A program made the translations under genes and the position numbers. From Anthoceros angustus (taxonomy: Eukaryota > Plantae > Anthocerotophyta): a DNA stretch of 64,000 nucleotides. Positions within the stretch are counted from its first letter, which is position 1. Every line of letters starts with the position of its first letter. The notes under the pieces are model-generated. The model searched no databases. It was not told where the DNA came from and saw only the letters and a program-made list of their open reading frames with translations. The stretch lies in contig MU008159.1 in NCBI GenBank assembly GCA_010909165.1, forward strand, positions 2,108,001-2,172,000, given 5' to 3'. Shown here in pieces: positions 62,530 to 64,000 of the stretch.

Positions 62530-63838
62530 ATGGCTGTCGCCGCCGCAGGCTGCGCATGGCGGCACCCGGCGCAGCAGCAGCAGCGGCACGGGGAGGAGAC
62601 GCTGCTCGGGCGGGTTGCTGCGCGCAGGATTCGCGCTTGCGCTTGCGTCGGCGGCGGCGTGGTGGTGGAGGAGGAGGATGAGGTGTTTCGGGGATTCACC
62701 AAGGGGAGGCTGCTCAGCGAAGTGAGTACGTGGGGGATCGGGGGGCCTGCGACCTACTTTGCGGAGGTGACGGATTCGGTGCGCTTGGCTGCTTGTTTGA
62801 GGTGAGGGTTTTTCCGTGCTTCAAGACTTGGTTAGGTTTTCGGATTTGGAGTTGGTGACGTGAGTTGAATGAATGAGAGCGGTTTCGGTTGGCGTCCAGA
62901 TACTGCCAAAGGCACAACCTTCGGTATTTTGTGTTAGGAAAGGGCTCCAATTGTCTGTTTGATGACCGTGGATTTGATGGATTAGTGCTGCTCAACCGGA
63001 TCGACTTCGTCCAGAGCTCCGGGGCAGGGATATACCGCGTGGGTAGTGGCCACGCCTTCAACCTGCTGGGGATCCGCTGCTCCAAGGAAGGGTTTTCTGG
63101 GTTGGAGTTTGCATGTGGGATCCCTGGCACTGTGGGAGGAGCCGTGTATATGAACGCTGGGGCGGACGGGCAGGTGGGTGGTTCTTGACTGCCGTGAATG
63201 GAAGGGTTGCGTTGCCGTGGTGGCTCCTCTGCCCTCACACCCGTGTGGTCTGCCTTGCAGCAAACTTCGGATGCTCTCACAGCTGTAGAAGTGGTGACTG
63301 GAGACGGGGAGGTTCGTGTCCTGTCCAAAGAAAAGGGCCAGCTTCAGTATGGATATCGGTCGTCACCTTTCCAGCAAATGCAGGGCTTCTGTGCCATCAC
63401 TGCTGCTACTTTCCAGTTGTCCGTAAGCGTCAGTGCCAGAGAGAGACAAAGGTCGTACCTAGACAGGTACGTCCCTGGGCTGCTGTCGCTGTCATGAACC
63501 TGCCCGAGTCTCATCCCTCTCGTCACTAAAGTCCCTCCCCTTCTTTCAGGAGAAAGAGATCCCAGCCCGTGACTGAGCGCACTGCTGGCTGTGTGTTCCG
63601 GAATCCCGGCGTCGGGGGGCTCTCTGCCGGGGCCCTCATCGACCAGGCTGGTCTCAAGGGTGTCCGAGTTGGTGAGGCAGCGGTTTCAGAGTTGCATGCC
63701 AACTTTCTGGTGAACCTAGGGAGCTCCAAGGCTGCCGATATGCTGTCCCTGATCTCGCTTGTCAAAGAGCGGGTTCGCGAGACATCTGGAGTAGATCTGC
63801 ACGAGGAAATTATCTTTGTACCTTACACTCTCGTGTAG
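62530..63838 (+). CDS. MurB: UDP-N-acetylenolpyruvoylglucosamine reductase (MurB), predicted plastid-targeted, 4 exons
   Basis: TWGIGGPA, VLGKGSNCL, GLEFACGIPGTVGGAVYMNAGA, YGYRSSPF, QP..RTAGCVFRNP, AGALIDQAGLKG, HANFLVN and LHEEI, preceded by an Ala/Arg-rich N-terminal extension. Confidence 0.95.
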
Positions 63839-64000
63839 TTTACAAGAATCGTAAATCGCTGAGACTTGCTGTGTCTGCTACTTGTCGTCAGGTAGTGGGT
63901 GGTTTGAGGGTGTGCTCCAGTTCTGCAACTTGTTTGAAGGTCCTATGGGAGGTGGAATGTTCAAAGTTTCCTCTTGCCAAGTTACCTTCAGAAAGCAAAG

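Overview
Gene-dense, intron-containing nuclear DNA from a seed-free land plant. A hornwort such as Anthoceros is the best inference, based on a DYW:KP/DRH-type PPR, PPR long-L motifs, MurB and short introns. Contents in order: a decayed CRE-like (RLE) non-LTR retrotransposon ending in a 45-bp tandem array; acetylornithine deacetylase; a ~10-kb AT-rich island holding a large multi-exon proteinase K-type subtilase fused to PPC-like, TSP1, Cys-rich/EGF and transmembrane modules, an architecture unlike normal plant subtilases and the most unusual feature here; an F-box gene; a DUF662/GORAB-like coiled-coil gene; a KRP/ICK CDK inhibitor; a pogo-like MITE; tRNA-Gln(TTG); a WAK-like kinase; a PLS-PPR with a DYW:KP (DRH) domain, a candidate U-to-C editing factor; Lhcb; AAE19/AASDH-like; a PLS-PPR E+; ArgRS with a predicted dual start; an AGP-like membrane protein; SWC5/BCNT with a duplicated exon; an ABCG24/28-type transporter; and plastid peptidoglycan MurB. 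Gene identities come from motif recognition in hand translation, not database searches. Multi-exon coordinates are gene spans, and some ends are approximate.
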